This document shows positions 1 through 12,638 of a stretch of 64,000 nt of DNA, one piece after another. Source of the DNA: Paramecium tetraurelia (taxonomy: Eukaryota); NCBI GenBank assembly GCA_000165425.1, contig CT868130.1, positions 124,001-188,000 of the forward strand, written 5' to 3'. A program made the translations under genes and the position numbers. Position 1 is the stretch's first letter. Every line of letters starts with the position of its first letter. The notes under the pieces were generated by a model. It was not told where the DNA came from. It was given only the letters and a program-made list of their open reading frames with translations, and did not search any database.

Positions 1-691
1 GTCACCAATATATTACCATCATGGTTGAAGCCTGATGCATATACTTATTCAATTCGTTTCAAAACTTGTAATTTTTTGTAAAATTAATACTTTTACGAAA
101 TGTTCTTATTTATTTGTTGATATTTTAGAAGATAATTAAGATAATTTTAATTTTCACAGGTATCCTTAAATTATTCTAAATTTCTTTGCACAATAAGCTA
201 ATCTTTTTACGAAACTAAATTATTTAATTTTTCTATGCTTTGTAAGGTTAACTTGCTATTTTAATCAAAATTCCATTTTCTATTATTTTATAGTTAGTCT
301 TCTATATTTCTAATTGAAAGATCAATATTTTCGATATCTGATGTAGCATCGTACTCGTTCACTTTGGAAAAGTCTTCAAACTAGACTCTTAGATTTTTCA
401 ATTTTTAAGTTTTTTCTTAGATCTATTAATCAACCCAAACTTCTTCTTTACCCTTTTCCTCCTCCATTATCTATAGAGCATTATTAATTGTTAAATCGCC
501 TTTATGACAGAGCCCCCATAAAAAGTTTAATCGTTCCTTTTCTATTTGATCTAAACCATATATTTAATTGTTTTTTTTCTCTTCAAGAAGTTGAAAATCT
601 TATTAATTCATAATCTTATTATTATTCTTTTACAAATATTTAATGATTCTAATAAATTCTAGAAAAACAATACATTTTTTTTTCTGATCAT
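1..691 (-). CDS. Probable WD40-repeat protein, 5' part (runs off window start); model uncertain
   Basis: Ciliate-code translation at the window edge reads RIEQVYASGFNHDGNILVT (start of a WD40 blade) after a coiled-coil-like segment. The frame is not continuous upstream (introns or frameshifts). Confidence 0.4.
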
Positions 692-767
692 TATTTATAA
701 AATAAATAATAAATAAGTTTCAATTGCTAATGTTATTTTAATAATATTTAAATTTCATAATCTGCCC

Positions 768-1727
768 ATGAGTAATTCATCAGATCCAAATACAAGAAAT
801 TAAATGATTTAAAATGCAGTTCCAGAAGAAAAATATCGGAAGCCCAATCCTGTTGGTAATCACAAATGGGATGAAGAAAATTTTATCAATTTTTAAGTTA
901 CGCAAAAAGGATAAGAAATTAAATTAGCAACTTACAGATGCAACATAACCGCATAATAACCAAAATCGATTACTGTATTTTTTCACGGTTTGAATGAGCA
1001 TCTTGGTTTATATGCTCATATAGCTTAGGCTGTAAGCAAATAAGCTAATAGTATTACAGTAGGATTTGATTTTAGAGGATTTGGAAAAAGCTAAGGAATT
1101 AGAGGCTGGCTTGAGTCAAGAGAGTAACTAGAAAATGATTGCATTCAATTTATATAAAAAATACGTAATCTTTATCCTGGTTTACCACTATTTACTTTGG
1201 GACAATCAATGGGAGGAATGGCTTCATATTTAATGGGGTAGTCCAATTAATGTGAAGGAACAATATTAATAACTCCAGCCATCATGGACAATCGATATAA
1301 TTAATCTTTTATGAAGTCCTTAGGTCTGATATTTGGAGCTTGTTGCCCGACATGGAATCCTTTTCCTCCAGTAAGATAGCCGGGATCACGAAATCCTCAA
1401 ATTTAAGAAGAAAATCTTAAAGATCCTTATTGTACTTTAGTGGCAGTGCTACCTGGAACAGGAAGAACATTGGTTTCAACTATGAGATCCCTTCCCCAAA
1501 CATTTTCTTCATATTAGAAACCATTTTTAGTGATTACTGCAGGCATGGATAAAGTCGTCGACCCTGATGTTGGCTAAGAACTAATGAAGTAAAGTCCCTC
1601 TTTAGACAAATAAATCATACACTGTGATTAGATGTGGCATAACTGTGTTCAAGAGGAAGAAATACTTGAACTTATCCCAAAAATTACAGAATGGATTTAA
1701 TAAAGATCTAAATAATAATTAGGATGA
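768..1727 (+). CDS. Alpha/beta hydrolase, monoglyceride lipase/lysophospholipase family
   Basis: Intronless 319-aa ORF in ciliate code with FFHGLNEH, GFDFRGFGKS, nucleophile elbow GQSMGG, DKVV Asp and MWH His. Confidence 0.92.
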
Positions 1728-1969
1728 TTATTTATTACATCAAATATCCAAATCAGTATCTCTTTTTATTACTAATGATTTTACTATTTTTTAATAGTAT
1801 TTTAATCTTGCTTTAAGCATAGTTCAGCAAAGAAAAATTTAACATTTTGCTTTGGTAACCATATTTTATCAGAAAATTCGTTTTAATCATTCTTGATGTA
1901 TTTTTAATCTAAATTAATATTACTTATATCCACTTTCAATTACATTAAATTATACATCAAATTATAAAA

Positions 1970-3446
1970 ATGAATAAATTCACTCTCAGGTTTAATCAGC
2001 AGTTATTAGAAGTACAATATCAATCAACAAGGCTTGTAATGAGAAAATAAATTCTATACGGAGTTTCTTCTGGATTTATAATTATGAACACAATTTCAGC
2101 TATATTAAAAATTATAGGAAATGATAATAATAGTTTACCATTAGATTTAACTTAATCATTAGTTGCGCTTATTACTGTATGCGCCGTTAAATATTACCCA
2201 AAGTACATTCTAGAAGGATCAAATATATTAAATTTGCTGTTTTGCCTAGTATAAATAAATTTAGATGAAGGTGCAACTTCTCATTAAATGTACATCTTTG
2301 GTGCAAATATTATGGCAACACAACTAATGTTGTTATTTGGTTCGGATTTCTTATACTCCATACCATAAATCTTAATCATGGCATGTTTTAGATTAGGAAT
2401 ATAAAAAGTATACCAACAATTTGATTGGTTTTCAATCTCACTAACTTTATTAGTCTCATTATGGCTAGGCATTGTTTAATATCAATTTGATAAAACATTA
2501 AGATCTCAATTTTTACTCACATTAAAGGATCATGGTTGGGGTAATTATACCTTAAAATTTAGATTAACTTTTACCATAAATTGTAGACAAGCCCTACTTT
2601 TATTTTCGATATAACAATTCGTAATTTGAAATAAAACAGATTCATAAATAGTCATAGATTTTTAATTATAATGAAGACTTTTGTCAAGGTTGTAATTTGA
2701 GACATTTTTTAAGGGAATTCTAATTTAACAATCAATCTATAGAGACATTCATACTAAATCGATTGAAAAGCTATCAAAAGAACATCTATGATAGAGAAAT
2801 AATAGGGAAAAATAAGAAATAATATTCAATGCAAATGAATTATTGTGAAATTTTCAGCGATTATCCAAATTTTTTAATCATTCTAAATGATACTAAAAAT
2901 AACCATAATATCCCTAAAGAATCATAAGCCTCTTTAATGAAAAAATATTTTACAAGTTATTCAAATCATCTTTTTAAACTTATTTTGAAAGGAGATTCAA
3001 AATTTAAAATAATTCAGCTAAATTATCATTATTTATCTGCATTGTTTCTTAAGGATTATACTGTTCAAACCTTCTCTCCATACAATCAACTATAGAAAAT
3101 TATCAATTTATCAGGAGGGGTAAAACTCTAATGTTTAAAAAAATTAACAATATAAGGATATAAAAATTTATTTTCAGTATTCTGGCTATAAACTATTTTG
3201 ATAATGGTAATCTCTTAAAACAGAAGTCAACTAGAACTTCCAATGATTGTATTAAATTAAGAATAAGATTATATTGAATATACCTTTGTTCTAAATTATC
3301 CAAAATTATTTGAAGACATGTTCAATTAAAATTTAGTTATTTAAAGGCTCAAACAAGTTATATTTTTCAGCATTAATCAAAATAAATGGAAATTCAAATC
3401 TTACTCTAAACTTGATGTAGCTTTTAGGAAAATTGAAAATAATTGA
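1970..3446 (+). CDS. Multi-pass membrane protein (MNKFTLxF-type N-terminus), possible degenerate sensor-kinase-like protein
   Basis: 484-aa model after removing a 22-nt intron at 2541-2562. About 5-6 hydrophobic segments lie in the first 185 aa, followed by a soluble region. Confidence 0.7.
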
Positions 3447-3648
3447 GTTATATAATACATCTTTAATACTCATCTATTGTTATACTAATTTTATTTTTTA
3501 ATTAAAATCAAAATTTCTTCTAACCTTGTTTCTCTTAGATTAGACAAGTATAAAAATTGATAATCACCTAATCTTATAAGAATATATTAAAGAATTTAAA
3601 TTAGAAAAAAAGTAAGAATTTAATTATTATTTCAAATTTATTAATTCA

Positions 3649-4776
3649 ATGAATTCAAAAAAAAAAGATGTGTTTATCATAAATAAACCTCATTTATGTT
3701 AAAATCATAATTAAAAACTTGTACTAGTGTGTGCTGACCCGCTATGTTAAGACCATGGATTGATTTGTATTGATTGTTTACTTTAGAACCATTAAAATTG
3801 CAAAGCTTATATTAAGAAATATGATGAGTTTCTGTGGATAATGTAGAATACTATTGAAAAAATTCAAATCTAGAAAGAGAAGGTAAAAAAGTAGTAAGAT
3901 TGATAGAGATATAAAGATGCCCAATCTATCTTATTAAGTCTAGGAAATTTATAACCAAAATTTAATGAACTCATTTTAGCTTTATAGTTAGTAATAGAAT
4001 ATTTAAATTTTCAGGAAATAGAAACCTATTTATAGCAAGAGAATTTAGAACATGATACTAAGAGAATGAAAAACTTATTTTAAGCTGATTTCGAAGGGGA
4101 AAAAGAATTAATAAAAGAATTCATTTTACAATAGCACCTAAAGTCTTAACATGAAAAAGAATATTTGTGGGAACTTAAAGGAAGTTAAATAGTAGAATGT
4201 CTCCATTCAATTGTTAATGATATGCTCAATTAAGATTTTTAAGAATAATAAAAAATTATTGATTCTTAAAAATATTTAAAAGTAAAGGGAATAGATGATT
4301 TAAAAGGGATAAATAGTTATGTTCCAAAACTTCGATTAGAATTGTAATTATATATGTAATACAATTAGATAATAAAATAATTGGGGAGGTATTGGAAATA
4401 TATTTCCTAAATTTATGGCTTTAAATAGTTTGTAAATCAACGCCATTAAATCTCCTCTAAAAGCATAAAATTTAGAGGAGATAATTAATGCAATATAGTA
4501 TTTGCCAAGATTAGAAAAATTTAAAATCAATTTAATTGGTTCAAATGCAAATGAATAAACTTTATAATTAATTTTTAAAATTGTCAGCAATAAAAGTTTG
4601 ACAGAGTTTGGAATTTCGTTTGGATATAGTTAAATTCTATCTGATGATTTTATAAGATAGATTAATTAATTTAAAGAGTAACTAAGAGGGATATCGAGGA
4701 TATATATTAGTAATTAGCTTCATGAATTTACAGAATAATAATAAAAATTGCTCAAAACATATTTAAGTTAAATTGA
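3649..4776 (+). CDS. Hypothetical protein with N-terminal Cys/His (B-box-like) motif and LRR-like C-terminal part
   Basis: CQNHNQKLVLVCADPLC...LICIDCLLQNH; LRR-like LPRLEKFKINL; several tiny introns. 3' end uncertain. Confidence 0.55.
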
Positions 4777-4815
4777 ATTTTTTCGATGAGGACAATATAC
4801 GTATTAATTATAGAT

Positions 4816-5286
4816 TCAATCTTAAGGAATTTCTATTTAAAGGTTTTTTTTTTTAATTCCAACCACTTTTTTTCTTCCACTCTCTATTGTTTGTTTTTTT
4901 TCTTCTTCATCTGGAGGGGATTTTGGGGAATGAGGAGACTGCTAATTAATTATTTCTCTTTCAGATTTTTCAAGATCAAGAAACATCTTACCAGTTTATT
5001 TGTTTTAATCTGGTTGTTCCTATTAATACATCCGATTAGTTTTTGTGAAAGAATTGGTTTAGCTTAAAATTTATGGTTAGGTATTAACATTATCTGTTCG
5101 ACTTTCTTGTTTACGATCACAAGAATTAACATATTATTGCAATTTATTAATTTCCTCTTCAAGTTTTTTATTTCTGTTTTATTGTTATTTACGAATATAA
5201 ATGAATAAAGCAATACCCATGAAAACTAGTAATATAATTACAAACACTATAATGTAGATTTCTGAATTATCTGAGTCTTAATCCAT
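4816..5286 (-). CDS. Small single-pass membrane protein (hypothetical)
   Basis: MDQDSDNSEIYIIVFVIILLVFMGIALFIYIRK followed by a charged tail. The internal frame needs an intron or indel. Confidence 0.5.
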
Positions 5287-5748
5287 TATTGAAATTTTAT
5301 TATTTAACTATAAAAGCAATTATAATTTGGATAAAATTGGTACTATACTAATTCATTAATAAAATTAAGCTAAAAGGGCTTCGTGTATTTCGAAATAATT
5401 CAAAATTCAATTATAAAATGACACTCTTAAATCATTTTTTATTTTTTATTTTAAATAGATAGCAGAATGGTAATGGAAAAATACATAATCTTAATATTAA
5501 TTGGGTAATATTAAATCTCATATATATATTATTACTATATTGGAAATGATATATTAAGTAATATTTTCTAAATTTTATTGAGAAGTATGGTATTTAGTTT
5601 TAAGTTTATTTATTATAAAAACGATTCTATAAAGGAAGATATTTGAAATTGGATATGAATTGTAAAACAGAATATTTTCTCTTAATTTCAATTATATTAT
5701 AATTTTTTATTTTTCATAATTTGATTTATAATGTCATTTTTATTAAAA

Positions 5749-7910
5749 TCAAAAAATGAAGCATGTGCAACTATTCTCAACTTGAGCTACTTTTTATTCT
5801 ATATTTTTAATATTTGACTTTCTAACATATGTTGAACTGGCTTAGATTTAAAATCTAAGGGCCTGTTATAGTGGTTCTATTAAGGTTCGGTAATTGTCTT
5901 TAAAATAATGTAGAACCTAAATAGTATCATCGATCCCTTGTTACCATTGCCTTAAATCAATATAATAAAGTCTATTTAATTCATATTCTTTTTTTTAAAT
6001 CTATTATATTTAACTGCTAATTTATTTCTATTCTAATTTTCTATTTGATAATTCATAAGCAGCATATTAAATTTCAACATCAAGTTCCTTAAGATTTTTT
6101 ACTTTATTACTAATTACTTTTATAATGTTTCTAATCTATAAATCCGAAAATTATTTAACCCCTAAACTCTCGTTAATTAATTTAACAATTTCTAATGATA
6201 TTAGAATAGGCTTAAACTCAATATAATTCTTATCCTTTTATTAATATGTAGTTCGCTTTTCAGGATATATTTTACTTGAGATGTTCTAATTAGTTGACAT
6301 TGAATTTCTTTCTCCTTTTATTTTCATTTAAGAAGGTTATGATTTTGATTTATCAATAATAGGTTTTTTTGTTGTTCTTCTGGAAGCACTTCTTGTTCTT
6401 TAGTAAACTGCTGAATTATTGGAAATTTTCTTAGTTTAACTTTCATTATTATTAATATCTTTATTATATGAACTAGTGAGAATATAGCTCTAAATCATTG
6501 ATTTATTGTTGAAATTCATTCTATCATTTTCTGAGGGGATTAGTAATTAATTAGAACTATTAATTTGGTCAACAATTGTTTTTAGCTTTTCGTTACTTTC
6601 CTCAGTTTGAGCTATTTAAATGATTCTAAGGTAATTGAGTAATCTCCAATATAAAGATTAGAAATAAACTCTGTCTTACAGATAAAGTAGCTTATGCTTT
6701 ATAATTGTTTCTTCTGTATTCAAAGATTATTCAAGTATTTAAGATATTGAAAATGTATCTTATTAATTAAATTGAGGCTGAATTTTTTCAAGTTCTAAAT
6801 CATAATTCCACAAATTTTTATATGCATTTTGAACTCTTTCAAAATAATTATTTAATTGCCTTAGAGATTAATCTAAATTATTAGTTGATAACAGATTGAT
6901 CTCATTTTTGGTGGTTTCAAGTACAGATTCAATTAATTCTAAATTTTCAATTTCTTACCACATTGGTTCAATCCCAATTAGTTTATTTTTGATAATATTA
7001 GATTCCTCGATTTGTTTTTAGATTCGGTATAATTTAAACAAATTTAAATTTAATATTGGATCATCAGATGATAATTTTAAACCTATTTTTAAACTATCAA
7101 TAGCCTCCTTCTCTTAGCCTAATTTACAAAGAACAACGGCTTTAAAAATGATGGTGAAATTTACCTCTGTTATTATAACCGTTAATCAAGTAATTATTAA
7201 GTTTGATTGCATAATTATAACATTCCAGAGATTCTTTCAATCTATCGAGCTTAAACAAGGCATAACCTATTAATTTAATTTCTACACTTACCTTTACTAA
7301 AATAAACTATATGGCATTTAAGATCTATATCTAAGGCCCTTTCAAAAGTTTCGAGGGATTCTTCAAAAAGATTGAGTTAGATGCATAAAATTCCTTTGTT
7401 AATTAATGTTTCCAAAGTTGTTGAATATTTAAGAGATTAATCAAAATATTAAAGAGCTTCTTCCTTTCTGTTACTTTCAGCTAATAATAAACCTGAGTTT
7501 AATAAAGTCGTTACCTAAGTTATAATAGACCTGATGATTATTAGTTCCTTCTGATATGCATTTTTTGTAATCTTATAAAGCTAATTAAGTTTGATTAAGT
7601 AATCTGTAGATATTCCCTAATGATTTTTACCTATTGTACCTCTTGTAAAATAAGCATCTATCATTTTTTAATCAAGTTCAATGGCCTTGCTTAAATTTAA
7701 CAAAGCTTCTTCGTTTCTTCCTAGAGAGTGCAATATTTTGGCTTTAATAATATCAAATCATTCCTAACCTTATTTTAGAAATAACTCTGAAGTTTAACTA
7801 TTATCTTACAAGAGGTTTATCTATTGACTTTTAAATCCTTAATTTATTTTACAATCCTTACCATCAACAAAACAGTGAATAGATGATTAACTCTGGCTTT
7901 CAGTGAGCAT
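5749..7910 (-). CDS. TPR-repeat protein with C-terminal CaaX motif
   Basis: TPR-type repeats such as AKILHSLGRNEEALLNLSKAIELDQKMIDAYFTRG and LAESNRKEEALQYFDQSLKY; several tiny introns; ends VENSCTCFIF*. Confidence 0.8.
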
Positions 7911-8080
7911 TAAAGTAAATAAATTATTAATTAATATTTATGTAATAATATTAGTAAAATTAAAAATAAGAATAGGAATTTGAAATAAAGTTAGTATTTT
8001 GTTTATATCTTAAAAAATATTATATTCATGAAAATTTAAAATACTTTATTTTGTAAATAAATTAAAATTAAAATAAATAG

Positions 8081-9393
8081 TCATTGTAATTATTATTCAT
8101 AGATTTACAATGATCGCAGCTTGTTATTGATTAACAAGAAATATTTACCATCATTTGTTAAAGTTCCAACCCCTTCCCCATCAATTTCTTCTTCAATTTA
8201 GAATTTCCAATTCTGTTTCCTTCTAAGTATTAATGTCTTGTTATTGTGTTTAAGCAATAATATCTATTTCTTCACTACAAATTACAACGGACTAAAACTG
8301 GAAAGATCAACATTCAGATACTATAATTCTAGAATTTATGTATTCACAAAAATATTTGTTAAGTTCCTTGTGAAAAGTTCTATATATCTATGGAGCTAAG
8401 GGTATCCTCAGATTTTGCGTATTCACAAGCGCNNNNNNNNNNNNNNNNNNNNNNNNNNNNNNNNNNNNNNNNNNNNNNNNNNNNNNNNNNNNNNNNNNNN
8501 NNNNNNNNNNNNNNNNNNNNNNNNNNNNNNNNNNNNNNNNNNNNNNNNNNNNNNNNNNNNNNNNNNNNNNNNNNNNNNNNNNNNNNNNNNNNNNNNNNNN
8601 NNNNNNNNNNNNNNNNNNNNNNNNNNNNNNNNNNNNNNNNNNNNNNNNNNNNNNNNNNNNNNNNNNNNTAAGTGGTCTACCAATTCTTATGACTTATTTC
8701 TTCCCAAACTCGAATTGACTTATCAGCACTTCCTGAAACAAACATGTTATTATTTTTGCTACATGCTAAGCAATAAATTTATTGACTATGGCCCTACAAT
8801 AGTTAGCTATTATAGAGCTGCCCATTTTTAAATTACCAAATTTTTACATTTTCTCCAATTCCTTGGAAAAAAACATCGTTTTAATGATTGAAGAGTATCA
8901 CATTTGACAATTTATTTTATTCCAAAGATTCCACAATTTTATAACTTATACAATCTCCTTCAAACACTTTTACACATCTTTTTATTTAAAGGAGACCATC
9001 CTTCTAAACACTAGCAAATTCTTTAAATTATTTCAATAAAGGTTCATAATCTAATAAATAGAATTTATTAACTTAATCATCCAACTCTGAATATTAGTAT
9101 GATGAATTTGCTTCTTTTATGAGAATATTATCAATTATTGAAAGTAATTATTGAACTTGCTTTTATATTTGATCTTTAAAATTTAATATTGATAATCTTA
9201 ATTGCGGCAAAACACTTTTTCTTTGAATTGACTTTAATTTAGCTAATTAGAATTTCTTTTCCTATTAATTCACAATGTGATGTATTGGAATTAAACCGAA
9301 ATCAATCTATTCATTTTTTAGATTTTAGTGTATATTCATCAATAGCTATGATTAAGACTGCGCTGGGCTTCGTCTTTGATTATTGAGATTCAT
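8081..9393 (-). CDS. WD40-repeat protein spanning the assembly gap
   Basis: LQGHSQQIYCLACSKNNNMFVSGSADKSIRVW; ends GTLTNDGKYFLLINNKLRSLQIYEQQLQ*. Confidence 0.8.
8433..8668. other. Assembly gap (run of N)
   Basis: Contiguous N characters. Confidence 1.
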
Positions 9394-9949
9394 ATCTAGA
9401 ATTTTCAAATAAAAATATTTAATTCATTAATAATTATGTAAATAAAGTAAAATATAATAAACTTAATAGAATAATTTTGGATGTGAGAATGGAATTATTG
9501 TCAAGCAATCAATCTATTGGAGTCTTAGTTATACTTTGAAGATTTCTGAATGATGATGAAATAGAAACGTAAGAAATTTGTTTTTCAAAACAACAGTCCA
9601 ATAAATATCCTGAAATTATTTAATATTAGAATTCTAAAAACTACAAAAGATCGATTATATTTTATCACTACTAAGATGTCACTCTTCATTCAATAATATT
9701 GTCTAAATTTAACACTTTTCATTAACTCACAGCCTCAATCTTTAAGTTAATTAATAGTGATCATAAAGTGTGTAGAATTCTCATTTTAATAAATTAAGAA
9801 AGTTTTTAATTATTTTATATATAGAGATCATTCAGAATAAATTAGCTTTTATTTTTCTAACTATTTAATATTAAACAATTGTGAGAATGATGATACTGAC
9901 ATAATGTATTTTGTAATTAGGTATTATAAAAATAATCATCATAAACTCA

Positions 9950-10537
9950 TTTTAAGTAATTTGATTGTCTAGAAAAGTAATATGAATAAGGTCTGTTTGA
10001 TGAGTTGTTATGATTAATTGTATTAGTTTAGGTAGTATATTAATCTTCATGATCACTTTACACCCTTTTCAATTTTCTAAAAAAGACAGAATAGTTTTTG
10101 CTTCTACTTTAGGCTCTAGCTGATAACATTATTTATCTTGGAGTCAATAGTGATGGATCCATTTCTTAATAACTTTAGACTTTTATTAATGTTTGATTTT
10201 CTTGTTTATTCATATATTTTTCAATAGATTTAGATAATTTTAATCGAAATCTTGAAATCAAATATGAGTCTTTGATTGTAGGATGAGAATCCCTTTTTGT
10301 TGTTTTTTTGGTTAAGAGATTTCTTTCGATTTGATTTTCGACTTTTTCAACAAGATAAGGATATAAAGTATTATTATTTAATGTCTTAATACAATTGCTG
10401 GGTTCAGTTATTAAATATTTCCTCTAAATTTCAAGTCTTTATAAGTATGTTAGGTTTGCTATCTTATTTGAATTAGATCGAATGTATTTAGGACTTTTTA
10501 TATCTAAAATATGGGTCATATTATTATCACTTTACAT
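9950..10537 (-). CDS. Hypothetical protein; 3' end uncertain
   Basis: ATG at 10537 opens a long TGA-free frame (MQSDNNMTHILDIKSPKYIRSNSNK...); no recognisable domain. Confidence 0.35.
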
Positions 10538-11075
10538 TCAATTATTAAAATAATGAGAAACAGATTTTGTAAACCTATATCAACGAAATCCATATATTGC
10601 TGAAGTAAAAGTTCGAATAATTTTAATAATCCGAATCTTCAATTAATATACTAAAGTTATTTATACATTCGAAATGTTTACTAAAACATCTATAATTCCT
10701 TGATTAATCAAATTAATTACCTAACAAAAAGATCGATGTTGATAATTAAAACCTTAATTATGATATCTTCAAAAAATAATATTAGATAATTTTTCGAACT
10801 TTTCAGCTCAAAAGAAAAGAGCGTATCCTTATAAATACAATATCTTATATATTTTGAAAAAAGCAAGACAATATTGGTAAAACGATTGACCTGTTTAGAA
10901 ATCCTAACCCTTAAAAATCATTAAGATCTCTAATTATCACTTTATTTAATATTTTGAAATTGCAAAAGGTTGAGATACATCTAGTAAACAGTGATATATC
11001 ATCGGGATATAAGAATTGAAATCATTAACAAAGATGTGAATTTAAAATTTTATTATAATTATTAAAATATAAAAA

Positions 11076-11950
11076 ATGAACGATTAAACAAAAAGATTAG
11101 TGGTTAAGAATTACATAACTTAATAATAAATTTCTTTGAATGTAAAAGAGGATTTAAAAATTGGAGAATTGGTAGAAGCAATTGAATAAATTGCAAATAA
11201 TGAGTAAAAAAATTTCGTAATTCTAGCAATAAGACATCTGGTGAATTTCATCAAAATTATTATTTTAGTAAAGCTTTGAATAAAAATGTTTAATTAGAAG
11301 ACACAGTTGGTCTTATTTTAAAGGGAATAACCTTTGATGAAATTGAAATTGGAAAGCGCTTTTCATAATCATAATCGGAGCTTTAATCAATTACTATCTT
11401 AATTAAAATTTAAAGTTATTTAGGCAAACCTATTAAATAACAAAAATTAGAAATGAGTAGATTCGATAAAATAAGCTAAATAGAGGATGTAATTTTAAAA
11501 GAGCTTAAAATAGAAAGGTATATTAAATAATTCACTTAGGGAAGCATTTAAAATTTAATTTTAAGTTAAAGGACAAATATGTCAACCTAAACAGTCATTA
11601 GCTGATTTAAATCTTATTGATAATGACGAGATCATAGTAAAAGTTCCAATTAAATTAAATATACAATTACAGGAGGGATCATAATTCCTAAGGTTTTCAT
11701 AATATTTCGCCCCCTAGGATTCCTTATAAGACGTGATAAATTTCATTTTGTAGAGATTTTCTATATTGACGTAGAAAATATAATTATTTATAGAGAATAA
11801 GTTGGCCTAGCATTGACATATGAGAATTAACTTTATAAACCAAATTAGTTTAATTCAACTTTATCTGATTTAAAACTGGATTATGAGGCTCTATTAATAG
11901 TAAAACTTAGATACTCAGGTGGATTTTAAAGGAAATAAAATCAAAATTGA
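11076..11950 (+). CDS. Tandem ubiquitin-like domain protein with C-terminal di-glycine
   Basis: 268-aa model with introns 11204-11226, 11518-11539 and 11771-11793. The last domain ends STLSDLKLDYEALLIVKLRYSGG-FQRKQNQN*, paralleling ubiquitin [22 protein letters not shown]. Confidence 0.7.
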
Positions 11951-12638
11951 AAGTATATTTTTTTGTTTTAAATATAAAATTTCCAAATAAATCAATACTA
12001 TTATTGAAATATTAGATTACCCACTATTCTAATTCATGACGAATAAGTTTTGAAAGTTAATTTAGTTATAGAAAAAGAATCGAATCTTTAAAATATTACT
12101 TAATTTTATTGAAATTAAACTAAATTTATACTTCAGCTTCTTTGTAAAGAAAAACTCATAAAAAATGAGTACTATGTGTGCAAAGTAAAAGTAACCAAAA
12201 TAAATTAAATTAACTGAATTAGTATCTTAATAATTTATACTTTACAGTGCCATTAGATTAATCAAATAAAAATGAAAGAAGACAAATTTAAACTTATTTA
12301 ATATTCCTATTTTGTCTCTTAAACATATATTTCTCAATTTATTAATAGAATAAAGTATTATATATTTGGATGAATCAAGACAATTAAATATAAAAATAAT
12401 GTATGAATTTCATAAATTATACTATTATTTTAACCGAATTATAAAGGTTCTTAAAATAGAAATTTACTAATTCATTAAGAAGCTCTCTTTATTTTATAGA
12501 AATTATGATTATCTATACATTATAAGACTAATTTATCTATGATATTCATAAAAGCAGCAAATTTTTAGAGGCTTAAAGGCCCTTCTCTAGTATTTTATTT
12601 TGATTAATTTTAATGATAATTGATGATTATTAAAATTA

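Noticed and set aside
8390..8831. ORFs spanning the N run
   Set aside because: Artefacts of the gap; the real gene is a minus-strand WD40 protein.
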